Counted from the first letter of the stretch, positions 47,057 through 56,899 are shown. The stretch: DNA of 64,000 nucleotides from an uncultured Clostridia bacterium (GCA_934365195.1 CAKRNA010000001.1:95301-159300); one strand, 5' to 3'. The notes: a model not told the origin generated them from the sequence alone. Numbers and translations are program-made.

Positions 47057-49005
47057 TATCTTATAATTCCTCTTCTATTTTCCTTAAATTCTTTTTTAAC
47101 CTCTGCCATTCTGTCGGCAAGTTTTTTAGCAGTTTCAGGTTGCCTCATAGCGATATTGTAACCCTCCGCAGGATCGGTATCTAGGTTAAACAAGTAGTTC
47201 TTGTAATGTTGGTTAATAAACGCCGAGTTCTCGGTGATAACGTCCTTGTAGTACTTGTAATCGTAAACGTTGCCGCCGTACTCAACCGCTAAGTTGATTG
47301 CTTGCACCTTGCCACGTTTTAAGTAGTAAATACCCCCCTCGTGCATAGTAGCGTCTTGAGGAGTAGTACCGTTCCATAACCCTCTCATAGACACGCCGTC
47401 GATAATACGGTCGTCAGGGATAGGTAGGTTTACGTAATCAAGCACGGTGGTGAAAATATCCATATTCGTGCATCTTGCGGTGATAACCTTGTTGCCGTTA
47501 GCATCAGCCGTCATAGTAGTGCCAACTTGTCCGTTAGGATAACTTACCAAGAACGGAACTTTGAAAGCGCCCTCGAAAGGAGTGTTCTTTCTGCCACGAA
47601 GTGCGCCGGTAACACCCTCTCTACCCGGGCCGTTATCCGAGGTAAAGATAACCATAGTGTCGTCGTACACACCTTTATCTTTTAATAATTGTAAAATTTG
47701 ACCAACGGCTGCGTCAAACTCTTCGATACAGTCGATATAACTATCGTCGGATTTGTCGCCTACGCCGTTTCCGTTCTTGTTACTAAAAATAGGGAAATGA
47801 GGCCATGGGCTCCAGTACTCAACAAAGAATTTTTCGTCGTTATCTATTTGTTTTTCAACGTAATCCATCAATTCTTTGGTAAACCTTTCGGTAGACAAAG
47901 ATTGATCAAGCAGGTCGTTGTGAGAATATACTTGCTTAGGTACGCCCTTTTCCTCTCTTACGATATTGTAAGGAGTCATATCGTTTACGTAGTGGCTACC
48001 GAAGAAGTAGTCAAAGCCTTGGTTGGTTGGAAGATATTGACCGTAGTCACCCAAGTTCCATTTACCGAACAAGCCCGTTTTGTAGCCGTATGCTTGCATA
48101 ACCTCAGCAATGGTAATTTCGTCACCAAGAATGCCGTCAACGTTGTTCTTGAACTCGAATGCGTTGAAGAACCTAGTATTGCCGTAAGGCGCTACTTGTT
48201 GTGCGGTTGGGAAAATAACGTTGTCAAGGTATCCTCTTGCCGAGTATCTACCCGTCAAAATACCAAACCTTGAAGGCGAACTAACAGGTGAAGAACTGTA
48301 ACAGTTTTCCATCATTACGCCGGTTTTTCCGATACTGTCGATATGAGGCGTTTTAATAGTTGCGTCAGCCTCGCCAAGATAACTAAAACTAGAAATATCC
48401 GAAAAAGCCATATCGTCCATAAGGATAATCAAAACGTTAGGATCGGTGCTACCCTTTTGTCTGCCGTTTTTAATTTTGTTTAAATATGCGTCGTGTCCCT
48501 CTTGCATACTTTCAACGGTAGGGTTCATTCTTATGCTCATAAACAAGAAGTAAATTAGCGATGCGCCTATCATTACAAAAGAAGTGCAGCGAGTAACGAC
48601 GTAACTTGCTTTGTAGTTTTTAGCCTTTGGAATTAAGGAAAGTACGGTAAGACCTATTATGCTTAGGCTGGCAAGACCGATATTGTAGCCTAATCTAAAC
48701 CAAAATCCGTCCGCACCTCTTACGATATAGGTAAACACGGTGCCGCATATCATAATGCCGTACGAGGCAAGCAAGAAAATATTCAATTTGTTTTTGCGAA
48801 TAATTTGTAAAAACATTGCAAGTGCAACAAATGAAGATGCGACAACTAAAACTAGCGTTAGGAAATTGTATCCGCCAATTAGCGTAGTTAGGAAAAGAAC
48901 TACTGTCGCAAGCAAAAAGATTACGTTAAACGGGGTGAATTTTTTGTTTAATTCAACGGGCGTTTCTCTAAATCTTTTTTGTTTTTCTTTAAAACTCTCT
49001 TTCAT
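47056..49005 (-). CDS. Formylglycine-type sulfatase (Ser-type) with N-terminal five-helix membrane domain
   Basis: Start taken at ATG 49005 (GGAG RBS, 7-nt spacer). About 5 TM helices in the first ~165 aa. 'PVSSPSRFGILTG' fits the sulfatase signature with Ser at the FGly position. Also 'LMDDM', 'FGKWNLG' and 'FTSDNGP'. Confidence 0.8.
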   Translation of the reverse strand: MKESFKEKQKRFRETPVELNKKFTPFNVIFLLATVVLFLTTLIGGYNFLTLVLVVASSFVALAMFLQIIRKNKLNIFLLASYGIMICGTVFTYIVRGADGFWFRLGYNIGLASLSIIGLTVLSLIPKAKNYKASYVVTRCTSFVMIGASLIYFLFMSIRMNPTVESMQEGHDAYLNKIKNGRQKGSTDPNVLIILMDDMAFSDISSFSYLGEADATIKTPHIDSIGKTGVMMENCYSSSPVSSPSRFGILTGRYSARGYLDNVIFPTAQQVAPYGNTRFFNAFEFKNNVDGILGDEITIAEVMQAYGYKTGLFGKWNLGDYGQYLPTNQGFDYFFGSHYVNDMTPYNIVREEKGVPKQVYSHNDLLDQSLSTERFTKELMDYVEKQIDNDEKFFVEYWSPWPHFPIFSNKNGNGVGDKSDDSYIDCIEEFDAAVGQILQLLKDKGVYDDTMVIFTSDNGPGREGVTGALRGRKNTPFEGAFKVPFLVSYPNGQVGTTMTADANGNKVITARCTNMDIFTTVLDYVNLPIPDDRIIDGVSMRGLWNGTTPQDATMHEGGIYYLKRGKVQAINLAVEYGGNVYDYKYYKDVITENSAFINQHYKNYLFNLDTDPAEGYNIAMRQPETAKKLADRMAEVKKEFKENRRGIIR

Positions 49006-49029
49006 AAAAAACTCCAAGTCCTAATAATA

Positions 49030-49066
49030 ATGTTATAATTATAACATACCTTTTAAGATATTCCAA
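49030..49066 (-). promoter_or_regulatory. Putative sulfatase-operon promoter overlapped by a perfect 18-bp palindrome (candidate operator)
   Basis: Minus strand reads TTGGAA (49066-49061), 17-nt spacer, TATAAT (49043-49038). The palindrome ATGTTATAATTATAACAT spans 49030-49047. Confidence 0.45.
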
Positions 49067-49185
49067 CACTATTTTAATTTTTCCACCTAGTTTGTGCCCT
49101 GTTTTTTAGTAAAAAATTTAGCGTTTTAGGATTGAATTTTTTAAAAATTTAATTGCTCTTTAAATTTGCTAGTTAATTTATTTAG

Positions 49186-49500
49186 TTAATTTTCTATTTT
49201 GCCGTCCCACAGGTATTTTGATAGGTCAACGTGATAGCCGTTTACCTCTATTCCCTCGCTTTGTAGCCTTACAACTTGTTCGTTTTCTCCGCCAAAGGCA
49301 AAACTTTTGGACACTCTACCAAACCTATCCACCACTTTGTAGCATTTTATAACGTTTGGGTTAGGGTTAAAATGTAGCGCATAGCCTACCGCCCTAGACG
49401 CTTTGGGCGAGCCTAGTAAAAAGGCAATTTGCCCGTAGGTAGCCACTTTCCCCTCGGGAATTTTTAAAACTATTTCGTAAACTTTATCGTAAAAACTCAT
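49186..49500 (-). CDS. MGMT-family (alkyltransferase-like) single-domain protein
   Basis: Start at ATG 49500 (MSFYDKVYEIV). 'TYGQIAFLLGSPKASRAVGYALHFNP' matches the MGMT helix-turn-helix region. The active-site box reads 'IKCYKVV' instead of 'IPCHRVV'. Confidence 0.7.
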   Translation of the reverse strand: MSFYDKVYEIVLKIPEGKVATYGQIAFLLGSPKASRAVGYALHFNPNPNVIKCYKVVDRFGRVSKSFAFGGENEQVVRLQSEGIEVNGYHVDLSKYLWDGKIEN

Positions 49501-49692
49501 AAACACTACCCTTCCTCTTTGATTAGTATATCGTAAAAGTACGTAATTTTTCACTTTTTAAAAAATTTAGCCGCTAAAATTTTCAACCTTAACAAAAAAA
49601 CCCTCGTTTTTGGCTGTTTTTCAACGTTTTTAGCAAAATACCTTAGCCATAGTAGATTTTTTATACTATAATAAGACTAATATGGAGGCAGT

Positions 49693-50982
49693 ATGAAAAC
49701 TATATACAAGAATTGTAACCTTATCGACGGATTGAATAATCCTGTTAAGTCTAATATTTCCGTTTTAGTAGAGAACGGAAAAATCGCAGCAATCGGCACT
49801 GGTTTTGACGAAAACGGTTGCCAAGTTATCGACCTAAGCGGCAAGTATTTAATGCCCGGTATGATAAACCTACATATCCACCTATTCGGTACGGGTATGC
49901 CAAGCAAAATCCTAGGTGGCGGCGGACTACAAAAGTTCGTGCTTAAATTTATCACTACCCCACTAGGCAGAAAAGTTTTGGACAAAATGTTAGAGGCTAA
50001 CGCAAAAAATATCTTGTTTAGCGGCGTAACCACAGCAAGAAGCGTAGGCGACTTCCACTACTCTGACGTAAGGCTAAGGGATAATATCAACGCCGGCAAA
50101 AAAATAGGACCAAACCTACTTGTATCAGGTCCGGCGGTTACCGTACCAACCGGACACGGCGACGGCACGTTTGCCCTAACCTCGTCCACTCCTGAGGGAA
50201 TTAAAGCCCTTGTTGACGAAGTAGCGTCACACAACGTAGACCTAATCAAAATATGCATAACCGGTGGCGTTATGGACGCAAAGAAAGAGGGCGAACCGGG
50301 TGAATTAAAAATGGACGCCGTACTTTCTACCGCTGCTGTTAGCGAGGCACACAAACTAGGCTTAACCGTTGCTTCTCACACCGAGAGCGAAGAGGGTGTA
50401 AAAGTTGCAATCGAGTCCAAAGTGGACACTATCGAGCACGGTAGCCTTATCTCCAAAGAGGACGTTGAAAGGCTGAAAGATTACAACGGCGCTTTCGTTT
50501 GCACAATGTCACCGGCACTTCCGCTTGCTAAACTTGATCCTGAACTTACAAAACTTAACCCTATGTGCGTTTACAACAGCAATATCGTGTTCAACAATAT
50601 GGTAGAGGGCTCTAAGTCGGTAATGGCAAACGGCGGAAAAGTAGGACTGGGAACAGACGCATCTTGTCCGTTCGTAACGCAATACAACACCTACCTTGAA
50701 GTTATGTACGCAAACAAATTCTTAGGTTTATCCCCTCTTGAAGCAATAAACGTAATCACTATGAAAAACGCAGAAATTATCCACAAAGAAAAGGAAATCG
50801 GCTCTATCGAAGTTGGAAAGAACGCAGATATGCTAGTGCTTAACGAGAACCCGCTTGACGATTTAAGATGCCTATCCGATATCTTTATGGTGGTAAAAGG
50901 CGGAGAAATTTACGCAAACGCTAAAATCAAGAAAAACCAAAAAATCGAGACCGAATTACAAAACTTATACAACACCCTTTAA
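49693..50982 (+). CDS. Amidohydrolase-superfamily metal-dependent hydrolase
   Basis: 429 aa with 'PGMINLHIHLF' (HxH) and later His/Asp blocks ('ASHTESE', 'GLGTDAS'). Confidence 0.8.
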   Translation: MKTIYKNCNLIDGLNNPVKSNISVLVENGKIAAIGTGFDENGCQVIDLSGKYLMPGMINLHIHLFGTGMPSKILGGGGLQKFVLKFITTPLGRKVLDKMLEANAKNILFSGVTTARSVGDFHYSDVRLRDNINAGKKIGPNLLVSGPAVTVPTGHGDGTFALTSSTPEGIKALVDEVASHNVDLIKICITGGVMDAKKEGEPGELKMDAVLSTAAVSEAHKLGLTVASHTESEEGVKVAIESKVDTIEHGSLISKEDVERLKDYNGAFVCTMSPALPLAKLDPELTKLNPMCVYNSNIVFNNMVEGSKSVMANGGKVGLGTDASCPFVTQYNTYLEVMYANKFLGLSPLEAINVITMKNAEIIHKEKEIGSIEVGKNADMLVLNENPLDDLRCLSDIFMVVKGGEIYANAKIKKNQKIETELQNLYNTL

Positions 50983-51153
50983 AGCGGTATTTGTGTGATT
51001 CTCCCCGTAAATTTGTGATTTTCACACCTAAAACCCTTTTAAAAGGCAAAATAACTAAAGAATAAATAGTACCTGTAAAGCACGAAAAACACTTAGATTT
51101 TTCACAAATTTTTAATAGGCTTTAAGCCCGAAACTCTATAAAAGGAGCGTAAT

Positions 51154-52812
51154 ATGAAAAACCTAATAGACTACGCCGAAACTTTCAAAAAATCTTACGA
51201 CGAAGTTCCCTTCAACGAGGTGGACGGGCTAGTACTTGCGCAACTTTGCTACCTAAACTTAGATAGTTACGCAAACGATATAAACTCTTTGGGTATGACG
51301 ATTAAGGAACTTTTCGAAAAGAAAAACAAATCGTTATTCAATATAAGAGTGCCCGACCAAAACAAGAAACTTCTTCGTAATCTTTCGGAAAACCCACGTT
51401 TTTCTACTATACGTATTACTAATTACGAAAAGGAAAACGACGCTGAAAAAATGATACAATTCTCCGCCACCACTTTCGAGTGGGACGACGTGGGATATAT
51501 TGCATTCAGAGGCACGGACTCCACCGTTGTCGGCTGGAAAGAGGACTTTGACGCTATGTTCAAAGACGCAGTCCCTTCGCAACTTAAAGCGGTAGAATAT
51601 GTCGAAAAGCGTGCCGCTACCCTAAAAGGCAACTTCTATGTGGGCGGACACTCCAAAGGCGGTAATATGGCGGTGTACTCGGTGCTAAAATCCCGCCCTG
51701 AAATTCAAGATAGAGTAATATTTATCTTTGACTACGACGGGCCGGGCGTTAAAAAAGAGTACCTGAACGCAGACTGCTACCTAAGGATAAAGGACAAAAT
51801 CATCACCACTATCCCCGAGCAAAGTTTGTTTGGTATGGTGCTGTATAACGACGATAACTACCACGTAATCAAAAGCGACGGCGTATGGGTAAATCAGCAC
51901 GATCCGTTTAACTGGCATATCGTAAACGGCTGCTTCGTGTACCTTGAAAGCGTATCGCAAACCTCAGAAATAAACCGTGACGCATTAAACAAATGGCTGT
52001 ACGAAACCGATGCCAAACAACGTGAATTACTGGTGGACACCGTGTACAAACTTATCGCCCTAACCAACTCCGAAAAGGTGGGCGAAGTGCCTGTAAACTT
52101 TATGAAACACGCCACCGTGATTTACAAGGAATACAAAAATTTGGACAAGGAAAAACTTGGTCAAATATTCGCCGTTGTAAAACAATTCAAAACTTTTAGG
52201 AGCGAAATCGAACAAGCAGTAGTCACCGAGGGTAAACGCAAGACGGAGGAAAAGGCAGATTTTTCTCAAATGTTCCAAAAATTTGCCGCCCCTATCAAAA
52301 ATATCGTTAGCAAGTTGCCGCTAGACGAGTACAAGGATATGATTACCAACAACACGGTTGTGCAAAAGGCTAAACAGGTAGGCAGCAAGATAACGGGCAC
52401 TATATCTAATCAAATCACAAAGATTACCAAAAAGCCTGACAATAAAGCAGCATTAAGCGGTGAAATTAGCGGGCAAGAAATCGCTTTAAATAAGTACAAA
52501 GGCGACTTTAAACCTCAAAAACAGACGATAAAGTCCGTTTCTCGTAAAAAACACGGTTTTAAGCCACGCAAGTTTACCGCCCCGACAACAGACGCTAAAA
52601 AGGACAAAACCTCGAAAAAAAATGAAAGCGTAAAGGCTAAACAAGTGGAGGATAAAAACGGCAAAACCAAATCAGCCGAGCAAAAGCAAGCGCCAAAACA
52701 GGTCGCTAAGAAGAACGAGCGTGCCTTAGCGCAAACAAAAAAGTTTAAGCAAGACTACTTCGACTTTTACGACGACGTGAAGGACCACACCAAAGGCAGA
52801 GAGGACTGGTAA
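51154..52812 (+). CDS. DUF2974/Mbeg1-like alpha/beta-hydrolase (lipase-like) with long Lys-rich tail
   Basis: 552 aa with 'IAFRGTDSTVVGWKEDF' and 'GGHSKGGNMAVYS' (GxSxG-type nucleophile elbow). The last ~190 aa are K/Q-rich and low-complexity. Confidence 0.65.
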   Translation: MKNLIDYAETFKKSYDEVPFNEVDGLVLAQLCYLNLDSYANDINSLGMTIKELFEKKNKSLFNIRVPDQNKKLLRNLSENPRFSTIRITNYEKENDAEKMIQFSATTFEWDDVGYIAFRGTDSTVVGWKEDFDAMFKDAVPSQLKAVEYVEKRAATLKGNFYVGGHSKGGNMAVYSVLKSRPEIQDRVIFIFDYDGPGVKKEYLNADCYLRIKDKIITTIPEQSLFGMVLYNDDNYHVIKSDGVWVNQHDPFNWHIVNGCFVYLESVSQTSEINRDALNKWLYETDAKQRELLVDTVYKLIALTNSEKVGEVPVNFMKHATVIYKEYKNLDKEKLGQIFAVVKQFKTFRSEIEQAVVTEGKRKTEEKADFSQMFQKFAAPIKNIVSKLPLDEYKDMITNNTVVQKAKQVGSKITGTISNQITKITKKPDNKAALSGEISGQEIALNKYKGDFKPQKQTIKSVSRKKHGFKPRKFTAPTTDAKKDKTSKKNESVKAKQVEDKNGKTKSAEQKQAPKQVAKKNERALAQTKKFKQDYFDFYDDVKDHTKGREDW

Positions 52813-52870
52813 CGCTCTTGTTTAATATGTCCTACTCAGTTAGGTTAAAAAATATAACAAAAAATCAAAC

Positions 52871-52899
52871 AAAAAAGAGGACGTCGTCCTCTTTTTTTT
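52871..52899. terminator. Bidirectional terminator between convergent genes
   Basis: AGAGGAC-GTC-GTCCTCT flanked by A6 and T8. Confidence 0.8.
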
Positions 52900-53014
52900 A
52901 CGTTTTAAGTTTCATAAACGCTTATTAGTATAATTCGTTGCCACGCAAATTAGCCTAGCGCCTAGTTGCCTTAGCGCACGTGGGCTACTCTACTTACGTG
53001 CTTTATTTAACACA

Positions 53015-54619
53015 TTAAGCCGTTTGCCAAATTGTAACTTCTCCATCTACGTAGTGCCAGAAGTTACCGTTTGTGGTTGGCTCGGTTTCGCTGTAATAGT
53101 ACACCATTTTGTCAAGTTTTCCGCTAACGGTCATTCTATCTTTCGTGTGAAATACTCCCTTACCTTTCATTTTATTACTGTTATTAAAAATATCCATTCC
53201 CACCGTTAAGTTAGTGCTACTAAGTTTTACCGTGGTTAAATTTGTGCAATGAGCAAACGCATAATCATCAATCTCACTAACAGTTTCAGGCAACTCAATA
53301 TTTATTAAAGAATTGCAACCACTAAATGCATAACTTCCGATAGTTGTTAATTTCGTTCCAAAATCTATTGACTTTAACGAAATACACCCGTTAAACGCAT
53401 TGCTTTCTATCTCTGATAATTTTTCACCGTTATTTACGCTTTCTAATGCGGTGCAACCCAAAAATGCTCCATTGCATATCTTTACGCCATACGGTATTTG
53501 TGGAATATCTATGCTTTTTAACGATATACAACCGCTAAACGCATGTTCGCCTATTTCAAAAAGATTTTCAGAATAGGTAATCTTCGTCAACGACTTACAT
53601 CCGGCAAACACTTTGCCGACTATTCTTCTAATATTATCGCTTAATTCAATTTCTTTTATCGACGTGCAGCCACTAAATGCGCTTTCGCCAATATGCCATA
53701 CGCTTTTTGGAATAGTGATACTTTCTAGCGAACTAATGCCGTCAAACGCAGAACTACTAATTGTAGTTACGCCGTCAGGGATAACGGAGTTTTTGCAGCC
53801 CGATACAAGCGTTATTCCATCTTTGATTATGCAATTACCCTCGCTACTGTAAACAGGGTTTTCTTGCTCAATCGTGATTGTTTCAAGATTATTAGCCTTG
53901 CCGATTACCGCCTCGCCAATTTCATTTACATCTTTTCCTATGGTTATGCTTCTTAGCGAACTACAACCGTAAAATGCGTATTTATTTAACTTTGCAACGC
54001 TACTTGGCAACACGACGTCGGTTACTTTTTCGCCCATTAAATGTAAGGTTGCGCCGTTACACAACGGATTAGAGTTCTTAGTTTGGAAAACGATTTTGCT
54101 CCACCCCTCGATATCTCCGTCGTAGTACACGTCCTTTAACATTTCACAACCATTAAAAGCCTCCGCCCCGATAAAATCTACGCTGGTAGGAATACGTATG
54201 CCTTTAATGTCAGCGCCCTCAAAACCATTTACAGAAATCCTTTTTAAAGGTTTTGCGTAATACAAACTAGGTATGCCGATGTATTTTGCTTGGCTACTGC
54301 CTAACTTTGCGGCGTATTCGCCATCTGCATATAGTTCATACCCTAAGCCCGAAGTATCACCGATACGTCCGCACTTACACAAACCCTCTTCGCTGTACGA
54401 GTGATACTCCACGTCAAACTTTTCTCCACACTTTTTGCAAACTTTCCAATGCTCGTTACCATCGTACTTTAAATCGCCGCTAGTTTCGTGCACGTGCGCA
54501 GTTTCGCCACCGCTTGAGCCACCGTTACCATTTCCGCCATCATTACTGCATGAGGCAAAGCAAAGCACATACGACGCAATGGTCATAACGGCTAAAAGCA
54601 CCAACAATTTCTTTTTCAT
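53015..54619 (-). CDS. BspA-type leucine-rich-repeat surface lipoprotein
   Basis: 534 aa with lipobox 'LCFASC'. Many repeats of the 'I.IP.SV..IG..AF.GC.SL..I' type. Confidence 0.8.
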   Translation of the reverse strand: MKKKLLVLLAVMTIASYVLCFASCSNDGGNGNGGSSGGETAHVHETSGDLKYDGNEHWKVCKKCGEKFDVEYHSYSEEGLCKCGRIGDTSGLGYELYADGEYAAKLGSSQAKYIGIPSLYYAKPLKRISVNGFEGADIKGIRIPTSVDFIGAEAFNGCEMLKDVYYDGDIEGWSKIVFQTKNSNPLCNGATLHLMGEKVTDVVLPSSVAKLNKYAFYGCSSLRSITIGKDVNEIGEAVIGKANNLETITIEQENPVYSSEGNCIIKDGITLVSGCKNSVIPDGVTTISSSAFDGISSLESITIPKSVWHIGESAFSGCTSIKEIELSDNIRRIVGKVFAGCKSLTKITYSENLFEIGEHAFSGCISLKSIDIPQIPYGVKICNGAFLGCTALESVNNGEKLSEIESNAFNGCISLKSIDFGTKLTTIGSYAFSGCNSLINIELPETVSEIDDYAFAHCTNLTTVKLSSTNLTVGMDIFNNSNKMKGKGVFHTKDRMTVSGKLDKMVYYYSETEPTTNGNFWHYVDGEVTIWQTA

Positions 54620-54810
54620 AATGGCCCCTTAAAAATAATTTTAGAATATAACAATTCCTAATTTTCAGTTTACGCTTTTAGAAAAATAATGTCAATAATC
54701 ACAAAAAAAACTTTGTTTCTATTTGATAAATTCTAATAAAAAATCCACTACGATGAGTTGCATCACAAAGAGTGGATTTTTTGTTTATTTATTTTGGAGT
54801 TTTGGACTAT

Positions 54811-56661
54811 TTATTTGTTTTTTTTATTTGGGTTGTATTTTAGTAGCCTTACCGAGTTTAAAATTGCAATAACCGATACGCCAACGTCGGCAAATACGGC
54901 AAACCACATATTAGCAATACCCACGCCGCTTAGAATTAAAACGAGCAGTTTGATAGCCAAGGAGAACACAACGTTTTCCTTTACTACAATCATTGTTTTT
55001 TTGGCAATTTTTATTCCGCTTAGTAGTTTTGTTGGCTCGTCGTTCATAAGCACGATATCGGCTGTTTCCACCGCAATATCGCTACCCATTTTGCCCATTG
55101 CAATACCAAGGTCGCTGCCTGCAATAACCGGTGCGTCGTTTATTCCGTCGCCTATAAACGCTACCTTTTTGTTTTGTTTTAGGCTTTGAACCGCCTCTAA
55201 TTTATCCTTTGGAAGTAGGCTTGCCTCCACCTTATCTACGCCAAGGCTTTCGCCTATTTTGTTAGCAATGCGCTCGTTGTCGCCGGTAAGCATTACGGTG
55301 GTTTTGCCCATATCTTTTAGGGCTTTTATTAGCGTTTTCGAGCCGTCCTTTACTTCGTCCTCAATTACCACGTAGCCCGTTACCTTCCCGTTTACAGCAA
55401 GGTAAATAACGCTTCCCGTATTGTCGCATTCCTCTACGTTTACGCCCTCAACCAAAAGTAGTTTTTTGTTACCAACAAGGACTTTATCGCCCAAAAACGT
55501 TGCTTTAACCCCGTTTCCTGCAATTTCAACTACGTCTTTTACGCTATCCTTATCCAAATATTTTTCGTACTTTTTGCTTATTGCCAAGGCTATCGGGTGG
55601 TTTGAAAAACTCTCCACCGAGCCTATTATTCTTCTAAATTTTTCCTCATCGCCGTTTATTACTTCTCCGGTTACGGCAAAGTTGCCTTTGGTCAAAGTGC
55701 CCGTTTTATCAAAGGCAAACACGTCTATTTTGCTTAGCATTTCCAGGTAGTTGCTGCCCTTAATTAGCACGTTGTTTTTAGATGCGTTGCCAAGCCCTGC
55801 AAAAAAGCCAAGCGGCACGGATATTACAAGCGCACACGGACAACTTACAACCAAAAACGACAACGCCCTGTACACCCAAGTAGTCCACATTCCGTCGAAA
55901 ATAGGCGGCACAATGCCCACAATCAAAGCGACAAATACTACGATAGGGGTGTAATATTTTGCAAATACCGATATAAAGTTTTCGCTTTTTGACTTGTTAG
56001 AGGTTGCGTTTTCCACCATATCGATAATTTTGCTTGCCGTGGACTCTGAAAACTCTTTCGTCACCCTTATTTCAACCACTCCGCTTAGGTTTATGCTACC
56101 GCTAAGTATCTCGTCATTAACGCTTTTGTTTATCGGCAAACTCTCGCCTGTAAGTGCGGACAAATCAAAACTTGCGCTTCCGTCTACCAAAACGCCGTCA
56201 AGCGCCACTCTTTCGCCCGCCTTAACCACAATCACGTCGCCAACGTTTACGTCGAATGGATCTACCCTTACAGCCTCGCCGTCCTTTAACAAATATGCGT
56301 AATCGGGGCGGATATTCACAAGGTCCTCTATGCTGCGCCTAGACCTTTCCACCGCAACGTCTTGGAAGGTTTCACCCACCATATAAAACAGCATTACAGC
56401 CACAGCCTCGGGATATTCGCCGATAATAAGTGCGCCTATTCCTGCGATGCTCATCAAAAAGTTCTCATCAAAAAACCTACCTCTAAGAATGTTTTTAACC
56501 GCCTTTTTAATCGGCTCGTAGCCACAAATCAAAAACGACGGCAAGTACACGGCTAGCCATACGTACTTATTAGTCTTTATCAAAGCCGACAGAATTATTC
56601 CAAGCACAAGCAGGAACGACGACAGCGATATTTTGATTATTTCCTTTTTTCGCCCTTTCAT
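54811..56661 (-). CDS. cadA: P1B-type heavy-metal ATPase, Zn/Cd/Pb (P1B-2) type, lacking a fused metal-binding domain
   Basis: 616 aa with 'SCPCALV' in TM6, 'DKTGTLT', 'GDGINDAP', and 'FADVGVSVIAILNS' (the Asp-containing TM8 typical of ZntA/CadA). Confidence 0.8.
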   Translation of the reverse strand: MKGRKKEIIKISLSSFLLVLGIILSALIKTNKYVWLAVYLPSFLICGYEPIKKAVKNILRGRFFDENFLMSIAGIGALIIGEYPEAVAVMLFYMVGETFQDVAVERSRRSIEDLVNIRPDYAYLLKDGEAVRVDPFDVNVGDVIVVKAGERVALDGVLVDGSASFDLSALTGESLPINKSVNDEILSGSINLSGVVEIRVTKEFSESTASKIIDMVENATSNKSKSENFISVFAKYYTPIVVFVALIVGIVPPIFDGMWTTWVYRALSFLVVSCPCALVISVPLGFFAGLGNASKNNVLIKGSNYLEMLSKIDVFAFDKTGTLTKGNFAVTGEVINGDEEKFRRIIGSVESFSNHPIALAISKKYEKYLDKDSVKDVVEIAGNGVKATFLGDKVLVGNKKLLLVEGVNVEECDNTGSVIYLAVNGKVTGYVVIEDEVKDGSKTLIKALKDMGKTTVMLTGDNERIANKIGESLGVDKVEASLLPKDKLEAVQSLKQNKKVAFIGDGINDAPVIAGSDLGIAMGKMGSDIAVETADIVLMNDEPTKLLSGIKIAKKTMIVVKENVVFSLAIKLLVLILSGVGIANMWFAVFADVGVSVIAILNSVRLLKYNPNKKNK

Positions 56662-56662
56662 A

Positions 56663-56884
56663 TTAGCACCTTTTTACTACTATACCGTCCTCGAATTTTT
56701 CAGTAGTCTTAATCACTTTTTCAAAAATTTGTTCTGCATTCTCGTCCTCTACCTCGACTGCCATTTTTAGCGTCATAAAACTGATACTACAATCCTTTAC
56801 GCCTTGCATTTTTTTGATTATTCCCTCCAAAGTATTAGCGCAAACCGCACAATCTAATCCTTGTAATTTGTAATTTCTTTTCAT
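56663..56884 (-). CDS. Stand-alone heavy-metal-associated (HMA) domain protein
   Basis: 73 aa with 'GLDCAVCA' (CxxC). Its stop is 1 nt before the ATPase ATG. Confidence 0.8.
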   Translation of the reverse strand: MKRNYKLQGLDCAVCANTLEGIIKKMQGVKDCSISFMTLKMAVEVEDENAEQIFEKVIKTTEKFEDGIVVKRC

Positions 56885-56899
56885 AAAAAAAACCTCCTA

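Noticed and set aside
51014-51026. CRP/FNR-like palindrome TGTGA-TTT-TCACA upstream of the DUF2974 gene.
   Set aside because: The half-site spacing is 3 nt rather than the 6 nt of CRP/FNR-family sites. It is retained only as part of the ATTTGTGA repeat observation.
56659-56665. The HMA protein and Zn/Cd ATPase considered as a frameshifted or pseudogenised single cadA gene.
   Set aside because: The junction reads TAA-T-ATG: a clean stop followed by a start, with intact domains on both sides. It is more consistent with a natural split than a disruption.
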